Made by a program: the position numbers and the translations under genes
Part shown: positions 15,243 to 28,348 of the stretch, piece by piece
Position numbering within the stretch: position 1 is the stretch's first letter
Layout: each line of letters begins with the position of its first letter
Assembly (NCBI GenBank): GCA_030141605.1
Contig: JAQGDQ010000247.1
Location: forward strand, 124,001 to 188,000
DNA length: 64,000 nt
Source: Tubiluchus corallicola
Lineage: Eukaryota > Animalia > Priapulida
Direction of reading: 5' to 3'
The notes under the pieces: model-generated
The model's database searches: none
What the model was told of the DNA's origin: nothing
The model's input: only the letters and a program-made list of their open reading frames with translations

Positions 15243-15533
15243 GGCGTGTTCAGACAAACAAGTAACTCGCAAGTGGGTTCAGACTAGAGAGCAAAACTTG
15301 CTGCTAGTTACTCTCTGGCAATAAGCACGACCTGGTACTTACTTCTCTATTCACTACTAGAAGTGTCGAGAGTAACTCACTGGAGCGTTCACACTAGACA
15401 GTAACTCAAATCGCAGCAACTGTCGCAGAGTTTGCGATTTCTTGCCGACAGTAACTCGCATAGCAGTTCACACTTGTGAGTTTGCTGTCAGAGAGAAAAC
15501 TCGCGACTGGAAACTTACTAGTCTGAACGCGCT
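15243..15533. mobile_element. PIF/Harbinger-like MITE
   Basis: TIRs GGCGTGTTCAGAC / GTCTGAACGCGCT, with internal repeats of GTTCA(G/C)ACT and AGTAACTC. TSD ambiguous. Confidence 0.6.
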
Positions 15534-15889
15534 GTTAGGCACAATAGCTTTAATAACGTAAACAGACAAAGTGATTAATCGCATTAAATTATATGCTGTA
15601 GCTCAAAAATGATATTAATGAGATTAATAATAATGACAGCGCAACGAGACCATATGGACTAATATAATAATACTTCACAACTTGTGTCGTGGTAATCGTT
15701 AGATGATTTGTGATAAATATTTAGGCTTGCAAGCAATGTCATGCATATTACACAGTACCTTGCAAATAACGTACTCGAATGGTACTGGTATTACAAGAGA
15801 AGAGGGAATTTTAAGGCTCATCCCAAAGAACTTTCCATACATTAGAGGTAATACAATAAGTTATATTATCTAGAATTACGCTTATTTGT

Positions 15890-16290
15890 TTGAAAGATTT
15901 ATATACATGTAATAGGTAAAGCAAATTCTTAAAGTATTCACGTCTTGCGGTAAAACGGCGAGGCATCGCTATCCCAGTGTGCACCATTGGCTCACCAAAA
16001 AACATTAGCGATCTTAATTGACAATATGAAGTTATTTAAATTTTTGCTCACTTAGTGAGGTGCCTGCTATGAATACTTTGGTTATTTTTTCAACTTTTAC
16101 GAAATGTTATGTAAACTTGTTTCCAATGACCTATGGTCAAATTGGCTGTGCCTAACAGTCATCGAGGGAGTTTACATTTCCAAGTTTTATACAGCGTTAC
16201 TACTAATGCAAGCTCTGTACACATTAAGGCAGAATCTAAGTGTAATAAAATCTCAAGACGAATATTGAAAGTTCATTTAGTATTCTGTAT
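15890..16290 (-). mobile_element. family B-related MITE fragment, reverse orientation
   Basis: Shares ACAGCGTTACTACTAATGCAAGCTCTGTA and ATCTCAAGACGA with 11620-11695. Confidence 0.55.
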
Positions 16291-16403
16291 GTCAAATGAG
16301 TGCCACTTATTGAATACATATAAATATATATAGGGCACAAAAAGAGCCATCTGTTTTTCTAGAATACATATTAGTTGTCACTGTGCGGTTGTTTTAAGTT
16401 TTA

Positions 16404-17033
16404 AGCACAAGAAAACCTTCCACTTACATAAAGCTTAAAAATTTGCCTTGAAATATTATATCACTTACATACTAACTTTTTGCATGCAGGGCTTCCGTCC
16501 AGCAGTAACATGTATAAAACTTGTAATTTTAAACTCTTTTAAACTTTTAATTTTATAATCAGAGCAATTGTAGCACACATGTTACTAACTAAGTAAAATT
16601 TTAAATTACTGTATCTTGTCAATGAGATTCAAAATACGCTTTTGGGTTAGTGAGTAGTGCACTCTGGGGGGGGGGGGGGGGGTGAGTCAGCCACATTTTA
16701 CCAATTATTGAAAACATTTTAAAGAATTAATAATTTTCTTTTTTAGTTGCATAAGTCTTTCCAGCAGGTAAGCGAAAATCTAAGTAATATAGATTAGCAT
16801 GGAACGTTTTTTGAGATATAATGTAACATTGTCTTTTCTTCCCTTGATTTACATTTGGTATGTGACGTCATGTAATGACGACTTCGGAACAGTATTGCGG
16901 GACATTTAAAATGAAAACAAACTAAAATTCCTTTCAGTGCGAGTACGACACACGCATGAAATTGCTATAAAGTAATATAATTTTTTAAGGTGATTTTTCT
17001 GAAACCTACTTCAGGTACTCCTTTTCTTGTCCT
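16404..17033 (+). mobile_element. Kolobok-like non-autonomous DNA element, family B
   Basis: TIRs AGCACAAGAAAA / TTTTCTTGTCCT followed by TTAA. Colinear with 8420-9051. Confidence 0.8.
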
Positions 17034-17254
17034 TTAAGTGACTTAAGAAGGCCGCGCCCCTGTTTAACAATCTTTAAAAAACCTTGGAATCAACGTCTAT
17101 TGAATTTTCGCCTTCGCTTTTTGTCGCGACATGTTCTGTTTATGAGACGTTCATTTCTTTAGAAACTTAAAAAAGTTCTAAATATAAATTTGCGTCTGTT
17201 GGGTCGCACGTCGTCAAGTTGAACAAGGTCTACTTCTTGGTGGTAATGATTTAA

Positions 17255-18064
17255 CCCTTAGCCGACCACTGGGTTTTATATTACACTAAAGACCAAGCGG
17301 GGTAAGAAAAATTAGGCCTACCCCATGAAAGTTTTGGGGTATGTCTTATGTCTTAATATGTCTTACTAACTGGACAGAATGACCAACTGGAAATCGAGGA
17401 GCTCCTATTAGTACAAAACCAACTTCTCTGGCAAGTTGGCATAGACATATGAGGGCGTCAAGGATAAAAAAGGTCTTCCACCATTGCAGTATATTGTCTA
17501 TGCTATATTATTTATGCTTGTTATTTCAAGTCTTGTGAAAATTTTTGTAATAGCCTAACGGTGTTCACCATCTAATTCTGAGACATCCAATTCATCTTCA
17601 CTTTTGCTGGATCTTCTAAAACTTTATTTTCATCAGCTTCAAGCTTACGTGTACACGTGTACAGCTAAAGTTCCTTCCATATAAATAAATGAAAAATGTC
17701 CACAAACTTAAATATAAAATTTCCTCAGCAGATCGTTAGAAAAATCTCTTTGCAAAACTGCAGGCCGAATTGGAGGTTTGCAGCACTTCTCAGTTTTAAA
17801 AGTAAACACATGGTGCTGCCAGAAAGAAAAATACCGCAAAGCAAATTCCGAAATTTTGCCTACATAAAAGACCAAGGCGGTAATAAGTTACTTCACATCT
17901 GGTAGTATCTGCTCCGTAAAATTGCTTGAATAATACTTTTCAACAAAACCAAGATACGTTTGCATCACTATTTGTTTGAAAATTTTTCGTTACGTGCATC
18001 AATATGAAAAATGTGAGCAAACACTTCTGGGGTAATTTTTTACCCCACCTTGGTCGGCTAAGGG
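17255..18064. mobile_element. non-autonomous piggyBac element
   Basis: Perfect TTAA TSDs, perfect 14-bp TIR CCCTTAGCCGACCA / TGGTCGGCTAAGGG, subterminal GGGGTAA..TACCCC palindromes. No transposase ORF. Confidence 0.93.
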
Positions 18065-18180
18065 TTAAGAAGATGACACATTACCAGATGAAAAATGTCA
18101 GGCTATTATACTGCCCATAGACATGGTGTTCCATGTAGCTAGTTTAGTTAATGTGCCGCGCTGGCTGTTTGTCAGTTTAA

Positions 18181-18740
18181 AGGAAAGGGCAAGCCGTCTG
18201 GGAAGTTGGGCTTATTTCAATACTCAATACTTATTTCAATACTCAGGGAAAAGGTTAAAAGTATTTTGTAATAAAAGTGTGAAAAGCGCCTCGTGTAATT
18301 AGTGAAACCGCTTTAAAGTGGTGATTATTTCAGAACTGGGCGTTCCCATTTTGAACGTCCTTTCTTCCACCAATGACGTCGTTAATCAGCTGAAGAAAAG
18401 CAGCGCAGTGTCAATTTCTGTCAAAAGTATAAGCTTTTACAAAAAAATAGATAGCTAATTTTGTGATAATTTTGCATGAATATTAGATAAGTTGCAAATT
18501 TTTGCATTAGTATAAGGAGCGCGTGCTTACGTAAAACCAGGATGCGTTTAGCAGAAGTCACGAGGAACATCAGTTACGTCATAATTTTCAAGTGAATGGC
18601 AGCTACCACCGCGCCTGAAGATTTTTATACAACGGCACTATAAAATAACTTTATGCTTTATAGAAAATTTCTTTGTTATAATTTTCTAAATTTACGTGAC
18701 AGCCGGGAAAGTCAACATGCCACGTGAGTTGCATTTTCCT
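18181..18740 (+). mobile_element. Kolobok-like non-autonomous DNA element, family D
   Basis: TTAA|AGGAAAGGGCAA ... TTGCATTTTCCT|TTAA. A second, inverted copy lies at ~26390-26912. Confidence 0.8.
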
Positions 18741-18944
18741 TTAAAAATGTTTTCTGGGCACGAATGATTGTTACTCTTTGTATAAACAATTATAAAAGAA
18801 TTATAAATTGCAAAACCAAATTGGAAAACGAACATCACAGAAGAATTTCAGCACTACGTCCTGTTGATGCTGCTCAGTAGCACCAGTGGCTTTTGATTCA
18901 AGTTTACTCCTTTAAAATGCCGTTTTTCAAAATATTCTAGATAC

Positions 18945-19348
18945 TGTGATGCCGTCTATAATAACAAGGATTCACAATTTACTACGTGTATTAACTAAAG
19001 AAAATTATAAAAAAAAGAAAAGAAAGAAAAAGTAAAATTAAACACTCAGCAACAGTTTATAGCTGACACTTACGCGTTGAGTCGAAATGCAAACCAAGGG
19101 GTTAAAGCAAAATTTACTGAATCACGACTGACTTTATAACAGCAACCAAAAAGAGAAAACAAAATGAAACCGAAGCCGAACATGGCCCAGAACGCACTGC
19201 CCTCGAATCTACGAGAACAGGTTACACGCTCGAGAAAATTGGCCTAGAAAACTGAGCTCTGATTGGCCCACGCAATTTTACATTCAATACACTACATTTT
19301 CATGAAGCCCGTGGTTTCCGAGGCGGTTTAATCCTGCCACCCGCCACA
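18945..19348. mobile_element. solo LTR (Gypsy-like, 4-bp TSD)
   Basis: TGTGA...CCACA termini, flanks ATAC/GTAC, 404 bp. Highly similar copy at 45863-46619. Confidence 0.75.
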
Positions 19349-19393
19349 GTACCTTAGCCCTTTCATGGACTAAGATGGCTGAGAAGAGCTGAG

Positions 19394-20098
19394 ATTAATC
19401 TTTTTTGTGACCAGGATACTTCTTCCACCAGATGGACTGCTCTTCTTCTTATTATCACTATGTTTATTCTAAACATTTACCTCCATTTTCTACCTGATAC
19501 TAATCTCTTTTATCAGCTATGGAAAAGTCAACATAAAATTTCCTAAATTAAACCTGGTCGCCAAGACTTGTCTCTGCTGAACAACGTCAACTTTTGCTTC
19601 AGGACCAAGAGGTTTTCGCTCCATCCTTACTGATGCTGATGCAGTGAGAGGAAGGTCACTTCTAACTGACGCATGCGCAATGCGATTGTAGGATACTACA
19701 ACATGGACAACGAACGTCATAGGAAAAGTTCCAATATCTGTTGACGCAGTTCAGTAACATCAGAGATTTTCCATGCAACTTTAGACCTACTGATATTTAA
19801 AATGGTCTGTTTCAAGTTACTCCAGATATGTTGGCCCGTTCAAGGACAAAATTGGTTGACATCATCCAAAGTTAATCTTTTGTGTGACTAGGATACTTCT
19901 TCCACAACTTGGACTGCGCCAGTTTCTATGGGAGTTATGTTTGCTCTAAAGATTTATCACCACGAGTGACTTTTCTCTTTTGTCAGCCGTAGCAAAAATG
20001 TTCTAACCTGACCACCAAGAACTGTCTCTGCTAAACAACGTCGACATTTGCTTCAGTAACACCAAGAGAGTTTCGCTCAAGTTTTACTGGTGCTGATT
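19394..20098. repeat. local direct duplication (19394-19640 vs 19871-20098)
   Basis: Shared TTAATCTTTT..GTGACYAGGATACTTCTTCCAC and TGTCTCTGCTRAACAACGTC blocks. Confidence 0.75.
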
Positions 20099-20162
20099 TA
20101 TTTCAGTAATCTCTCGTGCTCTAGATGAGTTGGGACGGAGACAAAACAGGAAAACGTCTTAA

Positions 20163-20890
20163 AGGAAGACCGGACCAAATCTGGAACTATAGTTCAAAAT
20201 AATCTATACCCTAAAATATTGAAATGGAGCATAATTTTTTTTTCACGAATGACTTACGTAAAAGAATTTTTATAGAAATTAATTTAACGTTCACGCGACT
20301 AGTTCTTTGCAGTTAAAAATTTAGATATTAGAAGTAGAAATTAACTACATTACTTTTCAGATTAACCTGACGCATTTGCCTTCAGCAGTGTATGCTCACC
20401 GACTAAGACAGATAGATGTATTTTGTGATGTTTTTATCAAATATTTTGTGGCAAATAAAGTTTTGTATATATATATATATCGCCATTTGCTAGTTACGTC
20501 ACGGAAACGCGTTGCGCAAAAAACAGGTGCTGTACATCTCAGTTCAGAGATGTTCGCTTGTGACGTATTAAACACATTTGCGAGCTAAACTATAAATTTA
20601 AAATTTCCCGTTTTCCAAATTTTAAAAGTCACAGTCAATGTTGTACAGTAGCACAGTACTTCAATTTTTGCTTGCATAAACACGTGCAACACGCTTGAAG
20701 GAATGTTTTTGTTGTTGAAAATTATGTTCAGTTGTGATGTCATCACTTGTTTGGCTCGCCCACCGTTAATTAAGTTTTTAACCTGTCATTTAATTATCGG
20801 AAATGCTTTGTCATTATTATAGGTGTTAAAATGTATACTTTTTACCGGACTTTAAAACGGGATAGGATGTAAAAATCAATCTTATTTTCA
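20163..20890 (-). mobile_element. family A-related Kolobok-like MITE, reverse orientation
   Basis: TTAA|AGGAAGACCGGACC start. The interior is the reverse complement of 9654-10259 (e.g. ACAGGTGCTGTACATCTCAGTTCAGA). Confidence 0.75.
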
Positions 20891-21284
20891 TTGAGCATGT
20901 TTTGTGTCATACCTGGATACTCTTTTGATCACATTGCCATTGTCTTTGACTCTCTACTAGAAATTAGCCATAAAAGTTCACTTGCTTTTATTTGTTTGGT
21001 CTTTCTATAATACTCTACTTCATGTTTATTTCCCTTGTATCAGACTTCGTCTTTCCAGTCTTACGCAGTGCTAGAAGCTGCCTCATCTGTAGCTGCTTTC
21101 TTCATGAAACGTCATCGTCTTCAATATCACAATGACCTGGCTGGCTTCACAACTTTCACTGCTACAACTTCATGGAGTTATTCGGATATGTGACCACAAT
21201 AGTGTTGAAATTACTTGCCAGACTTTTCCTTACTTTGAACCTTATAGGTATTGAGGTACCAGTACAATCCACAAACTAGCTATT

Positions 21285-21752
21285 AGTTCAAGAAAGTCCC
21301 TCACTTACACAAAGCTTAAAAATCGTATTGAAATTTTATACCCTTTAGGTGCTTGCATTAACAGCAACGCTGCGTAAAATTAGAAAATTTAAACTCCGGC
21401 GATGACCGTTAGGTGGAGCCATTTTAACAGCAACTCGTTTGAAACAAGTTGAGATAACATTACGTAAAGTTTAAAAATAAACCGGAACATTTGTATCACA
21501 CTCTTTACTAGCTAAGCGGAAGTATAAATTACTTTATATTGTCATTAAAATCAATAATGTGTTTTTTTGCTGAGCCAGTGACGTCTACCATTTTGGGTTA
21601 AATATTTAAATTACCAAGGATATTCTTTTCCAATTTCAAACAGACAAGTGTAATGTTAAGTAATATCACTTTTTATGAAAAGTTCTTTGCGATATATTTT
21701 AAAAATCCGTTCTCCGTTTTAATAACGTTCTTCGACTTTAATCGATACCTCC
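21285..21752 (+). mobile_element. family B-related MITE
   Basis: CACTTACACAAAGCTTAAAAA and GCCATTTT blocks colinear with 8430-8700. Confidence 0.6.
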
Positions 21753-21765
21753 TCATACTTCCTAA

Positions 21766-22195
21766 GTAGAGGATGAAACTTCATTTTATATTACATTGTA
21801 TTTTACATGACGACTTGAGATCTAACTTATATGAAAAGCTGAAACAGTTTATACTTAGTTTTGATGTTGTGCCTGAACAAACGAAATTTAAATTTTTAAT
21901 GGGTCAGAATAACTTAGACGTTCTTAAAATTATAATCAACTTTGTATATAGTGCCAACTGAATTACGTGACAGTATTAATAAATATAGTCCACACTCGTG
22001 TTTCTAATATGAAAACATTGTAAATAACTATTAAAAACTAATACATTTTAGCAACGGCTTTTCTGTCTTTTAAACTGTTGAATGCACCTAAATTAATGTT
22101 TCTGAATTAGCGAAACTGTTAACTGTTCTATTGTAATGGTATGTTTTTATTTGTTATATTTTTCACGTATTTTTTTGGTTGGTGCAATAAACATA
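21766..22195 (+). mobile_element. CR1/L2-group LINE 3' end
   Basis: VEDE(frameshift)LHFILHCILHDDLR..FKFLMG..IINFV matches the C-terminal EDExHFxLxC motif of these LINEs. Followed by AATAAA and a simple-repeat tail. Confidence 0.7.
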
Positions 22196-22209
22196 TATAC
22201 GTGGCATAT

Positions 22210-22473
<264 letters not shown>

Positions 22474-22499
22474 GACCATCATAATAAAAGACAGACAAT

Positions 22500-22880
22500 C
22501 AGTGTTAGTTCATATAAAAAACATACACTGTTACGGGCAAATGCGTCTGGTGCAAGCTAAACTATAAGTGAATCTAGAAATTCAAAAATAAAATATAAAC
22601 TAGTTTAGTAAGGTCTAGGAAAAATGAAATTATGATTTGAGTAAGTATCATCGTGTTCGTATGTCGGATATTCAAAACGAGTCATTAAATGTTTTTTTTA
22701 ATTTAGACTTGAATATTGATAAAAAGCTGCTGTGTTTTAGTGATGTCGGTAATGAATTCCAAAGTTGTATTGGTTGCTTAGTAATGGAATTATTTCCATA
22801 TTGATTGTTCGTTCTAATGTTCCTTAAATTTAGTGTTCTGTGTTTGTGAATAGCTTTGTTTTCACTTGCACCGTATAATT
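22500..22880 (-). mobile_element. L2/CR1-group LINE 3' end
   Basis: RTNNQYGNNSITKQPIQLWNSLPTSLKHSSFLSIFKSKLKK is the typical LWNxLP..FKxKLK ORF2 C-terminus. Confidence 0.75.
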
Positions 22881-23914
22881 TGGATAGAGCAATTATCACT
22901 CTTGCTGAGACACTTGTTAAAATTAATTTTTTTTAAAGATTTAACTTCCTGTGACAAAAATGTAGCACAAAATAATTCAGTACCGGTCGAAATCATTACA
23001 GATCGATTAAACTCACACCATTCATTCAACTGTACCACCATTTCCTCTGCTACCCTGCAAGCTTTCTTTGTCAAAGACCGAATCAGACATTGACACGAGC
23101 GACCGCAAAACACCCTTTTAAAAATTCGACTACATCCTCTGACCGATGTTTAATTACGTGCTAATGCAAGTCGTAAACTAGTAGCGAATATTCATCAAGA
23201 AACGGTTAGCTGTCAGGGCAACAATCCACAGATGGCTTGTGAATTAATGGTTTAAACTAAACCCGGCGGCATTCAGTACCCAGTCATGCACTGCGGTAAG
23301 AATACATGAGTTTTAATTGTACAGGTATTCACTGTTTTCACTTCCTTGTACTGCTCTTGACTAGACTGGTCCATTCCACTGTGTAGGTCTATTGATATAC
23401 GTTAATTGCTATCTGATGATCATTCTTATTGGAGTTGCTGTGTTTATGTTAAGTGATTTGCTGGTTCTGTTACAATAGAATCATAAGCATTATCAAATGG
23501 ATTGCTAATCATTGGTTATTGTGCGCTCTGTTCTTGTGTTTTTTATGCTGTGTCTGTTAATCAATGCAGAATTTTATGGTATTGCAGTATCATTCTTAAT
23601 GAAGAGATTTTGTTTATGTTAAGTGATTGCTGCGTCGTCTACAAAGTCATTTAAATGACTTGCTAATCGTTTGTGCTCATTATTGTCAAGTGATTGTGGT
23701 CTGGTGATTGTAAACTTGTGCTATTGTTTTATTTTAATCCGAGATTGTGCGCTCTATTACACGTTCTTGTGTTCTTTTTTATTGCGTGGTCATTTAGACA
23801 ATGCAGAATTTTATTTTATAGTACAGTATCTATTGCTGCGCGTTTCATTGATTGGTTTGTTCACATCGAGAATTATCACTTTCGTGTCAACTTTCTAGTT
23901 CCACCAAAATTGCG

Positions 23915-25345
23915 CACTGTACTAACTGTACATGTATTGTGCTTTTTTTATTTGCTGTTCTTGGCAAGCAGAGCCTTGTGCTGTACTAACTGTTATTGCC
24001 TTACAATTGTTTTATTTAGCGTTTTGTGGCAATCGTGGCTTTTGTGCTGCATTGACTGTAGTTATTTTATTGATTGCTTTTTAACTCCAATTATTTTTGT
24101 TTTTTAACAACGGTTATTTTTGTTTAATTTCTCTATGCAATCACGAATATGTGCTGTGTTAACTGTTGTTGTTTTATTTATCGTTTTTAATTCAAAATTG
24201 TTTTCATTTACTTCTTTTTTGGCAGACATGTTTTTTGTGATGCACTAGCTATGTTACTGTCTTACTGGTTGTTTTTAATTGTTTTTTATTTATTGGCTAT
24301 CTGGCTGCCATGATTTTGTGCTGTACTAACTTGTTACCGTGTTATTGACCGTTTTTATTTCATGTCTTTCTAACAAGTATAATTTGGTGCTGTACTAACT
24401 GTTATTACTTTTAATATCTTCTATATTTACTGCTTTTTTGGCAACCAAGACTTTGTGTTTTACTAACTGTTCATGTTTTTGTTTTGTGCACTAAGTCTAC
24501 TAATTATGATTGCTGTGTACTTCATTACATCGCTTGTTTTGTTGTCACACTCGATTGTGTCGTTTCTTAAAGGAAGACAGACATCTTAAAGAGATGATTT
24601 TTCACATACTACCACATTTTCAAGTCCGGTAATAAGCATACATTTTAACACGATTAATACTGCAAAAGCGTTTTTGTTAATTAAATAATAGATTAAAAAC
24701 TTAATTGACGGCAGGTGAGCCCAACTATTGATGACACAACAAACTAACATTATTCTTAGCAGCAAAAATATTCTACGAGCGTGTTGCACGTGCTTGCGAA
24801 AGCGAAAATTGAAGTACAATGCTTCTGTAAAATATTCAGTGTATTGTACTAAAACTAGGCATGTTTTAAAATAAAAATTCAAATTTCAAATTTAATTCTG
24901 TGCTCGTCGAACGTGCGTAGCTCGTCAGAAACTAACACATCTGAACTGAGAGGTACAGCAACTGTTTTTGTGCAATGCATTTCCGAAATGCAGGCGCTAG
25001 TGCCCGCCTAATTAGCTTATGGCGAAATGCATGTAACAGCAAAGAACTAGTGGCGTGAATGTGAAATTATGTTTGTGTGGTAACAATTCTTTCACGTAAG
25101 TCATTTTTGAACAAATAGTATGTTTCCTTTCAATATTTTAAAGAGCAGATTGTTTTGACCTACAGTTTAAGATTGGGTCTGGCTTTGCTTTAAATAATAA
25201 CGTTTCTTGTCAATCGTGCACTCCATTAAATACTAATCACCTGCTATCATCAGACTTGTACATTGCAATATCATTGATTTATTTTTTGGCAGCCATGATT
25301 TTGTGCTCTACTAACTGTTATTGTATTATTGACCGTTTGTTATCG
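23915..25345. repeat. degenerate T-rich tandem repeat (core TTTTGTGCTGTACTAACTGTT), split by a MITE
   Basis: Core recurs about 9 times in 23915-24510 and again at ~25300. Confidence 0.7.
24571..25189 (+). mobile_element. Kolobok-like non-autonomous DNA element, family A
   Basis: TTAA|AGGAAGACAGAC ... GTCTGGCTTTGCT|TTAA. Confidence 0.85.
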
Positions 25346-26389
25346 TCCAGAATTGTATGCGATTTTTATATACAGCTGAGCGCACTGAAATTAATTCGGT
25401 GCCTACTTACTCAGTGACATTAAGCAACTATATATTACGTTTGAGTCAGTACTGGTACCTAATTAAGAAAGTGATCTTCTAAGATCAGATACTCATCCAG
25501 AACAGCAGAAATATCTTCAGATGTAAGTACATTCGTCCCTGACAAGTTAGTATGATAGACGAAACGGCTCATAAATGATTTTCCTGTCAATCACCCATCC
25601 ATCTATAAGTCAGACCTTGTCGCTTAACTATTGCACATTTAAATTGTTGTCATTGTTTATTGATAGCTTTCTTACCAGCCAGGGTTGTACACTTCTTGAC
25701 TATCCTTATTTAGTTAAATAACTTTCTATTGGGTGAGTCACATGGCAAAAGCTTATGGCACTTCCTTTTTCACGTCACTATATGCCATGTATCTTTTGTC
25801 TAGACTGTTTGGTGTTGCCATCTGCTGAAGCTATTAGTGAACTAACAGAAGCTAGAGTACCTTTAGCTGTTGACTGATTTGTTTGTCGTCAGGTATTTGT
25901 AAGAGCATATATTGCTTAAGCAGTTTTTAGCCTGGAAATTCGTGTTTCAAATTTTCAAGTAAAGTATTCTTGTCAATCAGTTGATGTCTGTGGCGTTAAG
26001 GATCATTTTCCATTTTTGTCGTTTTATTGTTTTAATACCTTTACAACGAAGTATTTCAGGTGCTTGCCTAAAGTGACTTACGTGGCCCGACCGATTTGTG
26101 CCCCTGCCTTTTTTGTGCTCCTTTCACCTTGAAAAATACACAAAATTTCAATGCATGTACGGTATAGTACAAATTGAAACCGAGACCTCTGTGGGAGTTG
26201 GTTCTTGTCATACAGGTGTTAATGAGCTAATGAGCAGCCTGCCAGGTGGGCGGGAGTGCCCGGGACTCAATGCCACATTTCAAATATAGCCAACGATTTA
26301 CGACCGCATTGGGTGGTTCCATTGCCCGACCAATTTTTCATGCTGTTCGTCGTTGCAGTCTGTTGTCACTTTGCCATGAAATACTCGCG

Positions 26390-26912
26390 TGGTGATATTC
26401 ACTTAGCATGTTGGGTTTATTTCACTGTTTTCACTTAAACTTAGAAAAATCTAACGGAGAAATTTGCAAGAAACTATGTAGCATGAAGTTTTTTTACACT
26501 AGTGCTGTACAGGAATTTTCAGGCGCCGTGGCAGCCGCCATTCACTTCAAAATTATGACGTAACTGGTGGAGTTTGTGGCTTTCCGTAAGCGCGTGCTGC
26601 TTAAACTAATTCAAACTTTGCTGCTTATCAAGTACTCATGCAAAAATATCACAAAATTTAGTTTTTAGTAAAGACTTGTCATACCTTGACGAAACTTGGC
26701 AGTGCGCTGCTTTTCTTCAGACGATGAACGACGTCATTGGTGGAAGAATGCACGCTCAAAATGGGAGAGCCCAAAAGAGAAATGATCGCGACTTAAAACG
26801 ATTTTACTAATTATACGAGGCGCTTATCACACTTTTATTACTAAATCCTCCTAACATTTTTCTCGAACATTAAAATAAATCTGACTTTCCATTTAACATT
26901 TGCTTTTGCTTT
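26390..26912 (-). mobile_element. family D MITE, reverse orientation, termini eroded
   Basis: TGCGCTGCTTTTCTTCAG..ACGACGTCATTGGTGGAAGAA is the reverse complement of 18362-18407. Confidence 0.75.
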
Positions 26913-27638
26913 TTCTGCGTGGGTCCTGCATTTGGATTCTGACACCAGTTTCCTTAATTGGCTTGTATCTGCACTAGAAAACATTAGCTACAGTTTTGTG
27001 AGGACACAGAACTGATTTTAGGACATTTTTGCTGTACGTAGCGGAAAAAATATTTCTTTTTTTCAATTTCTTGCATGACAACTAGGTTAACCAGTTCTTT
27101 CAAGCCTGCAGGTCTAAGCGAAATGCTCGACATGGCCATGTTTTATCAAGCTTTAAATACGTCTGTTGTTGTAACGGCCAGGAGTTTTAGAAGTACAGTT
27201 CACCACAGCGTAAAACTAGGGCCTATAACCACGGGTGCTTGAAGTAAACAAAGAAGTCAGTATTAAAAATAACACGCAGCGAAAAATTGGAGCAGAGCGC
27301 CAGACCTGTGAGTTTTCACATTAACTTATTGTGTGGGGGATTTGAATTTTCCGTGTCATGCAGGCATGGTTGGTGTTTAGCTTTGCTTCCTTTGGTGCAG
27401 ATCGTTGCCCTCTTTAATTTTCTTCTGCTGTTATCATTGCAACTCACCTTCAGCTGCTGTAGCTGTGGGGGAACATTAATGTAACTTAGCTTTAGCGCAA
27501 TTTATAATGTGAATTACATAACGTATTTGTGATTTTACGAAAAGCTGTTTATTCTTTCAAAAATTTTGTGTGTGGATGAATTAGATTCCGAAATAAATAT
27601 ATAATTCAATTCAAATCAGTATATATATTTATTTATAT

Positions 27639-27640
<2 letters not shown>

Positions 27641-27677
<37 letters not shown>

Positions 27678-27682
27678 CGTGC

Positions 27683-27720
<38 letters not shown>

Positions 27721-27930
27721 GTGTGTGCGTGTGTATAATGATGTATATATATGTACATACATAATGTTACTAATATATATATATATATATATAGTATATA
27801 CATATACATACATATATACACATATACGTAATATACATAACAAATATATATATATATGTCATATTATATATATATATATTATATTATATTATTATATATG
27901 TATAATATAACATGATATATATATATATAA
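27641..27930. repeat. (GT)n / (TA)n microsatellite
   Basis: Directly visible. Confidence 0.95.
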
Positions 27931-28348
27931 TGTTACTGCATTATAATTGTCATTATTATAATTTTCATCATATTTTAATAGCAGCCGAGTTATTGCACAC
28001 GCCTGTTTTTTTCTCAATTTTAAGGTTATACAGGTCAAGCATAATTTTTAAAACTAATGTGTTTGTTAATTAGTTTGTATAATTTAGTTAAGTGTTTCCT
28101 GTGCGATTTTTACAAATATTTTTACAATAATTGTCTTTGTAATTGATACAGCACCCACCCAATGTTGTTGAAAACATTTGTTTGTTTTAGGTAAAATAAT
28201 AATGACCTTTTTCTTTTTTTCCAGGCTCCCATTGCGGCTCACCTAGGTCTTATGACAACGAATAGAACCATGGAAAAGAAGAAGCAAAATGCCGAGTCTT
28301 ATGAAACTATCCCTCTTAAGACTGTACCGTGGTGATTGATCCAACAAG

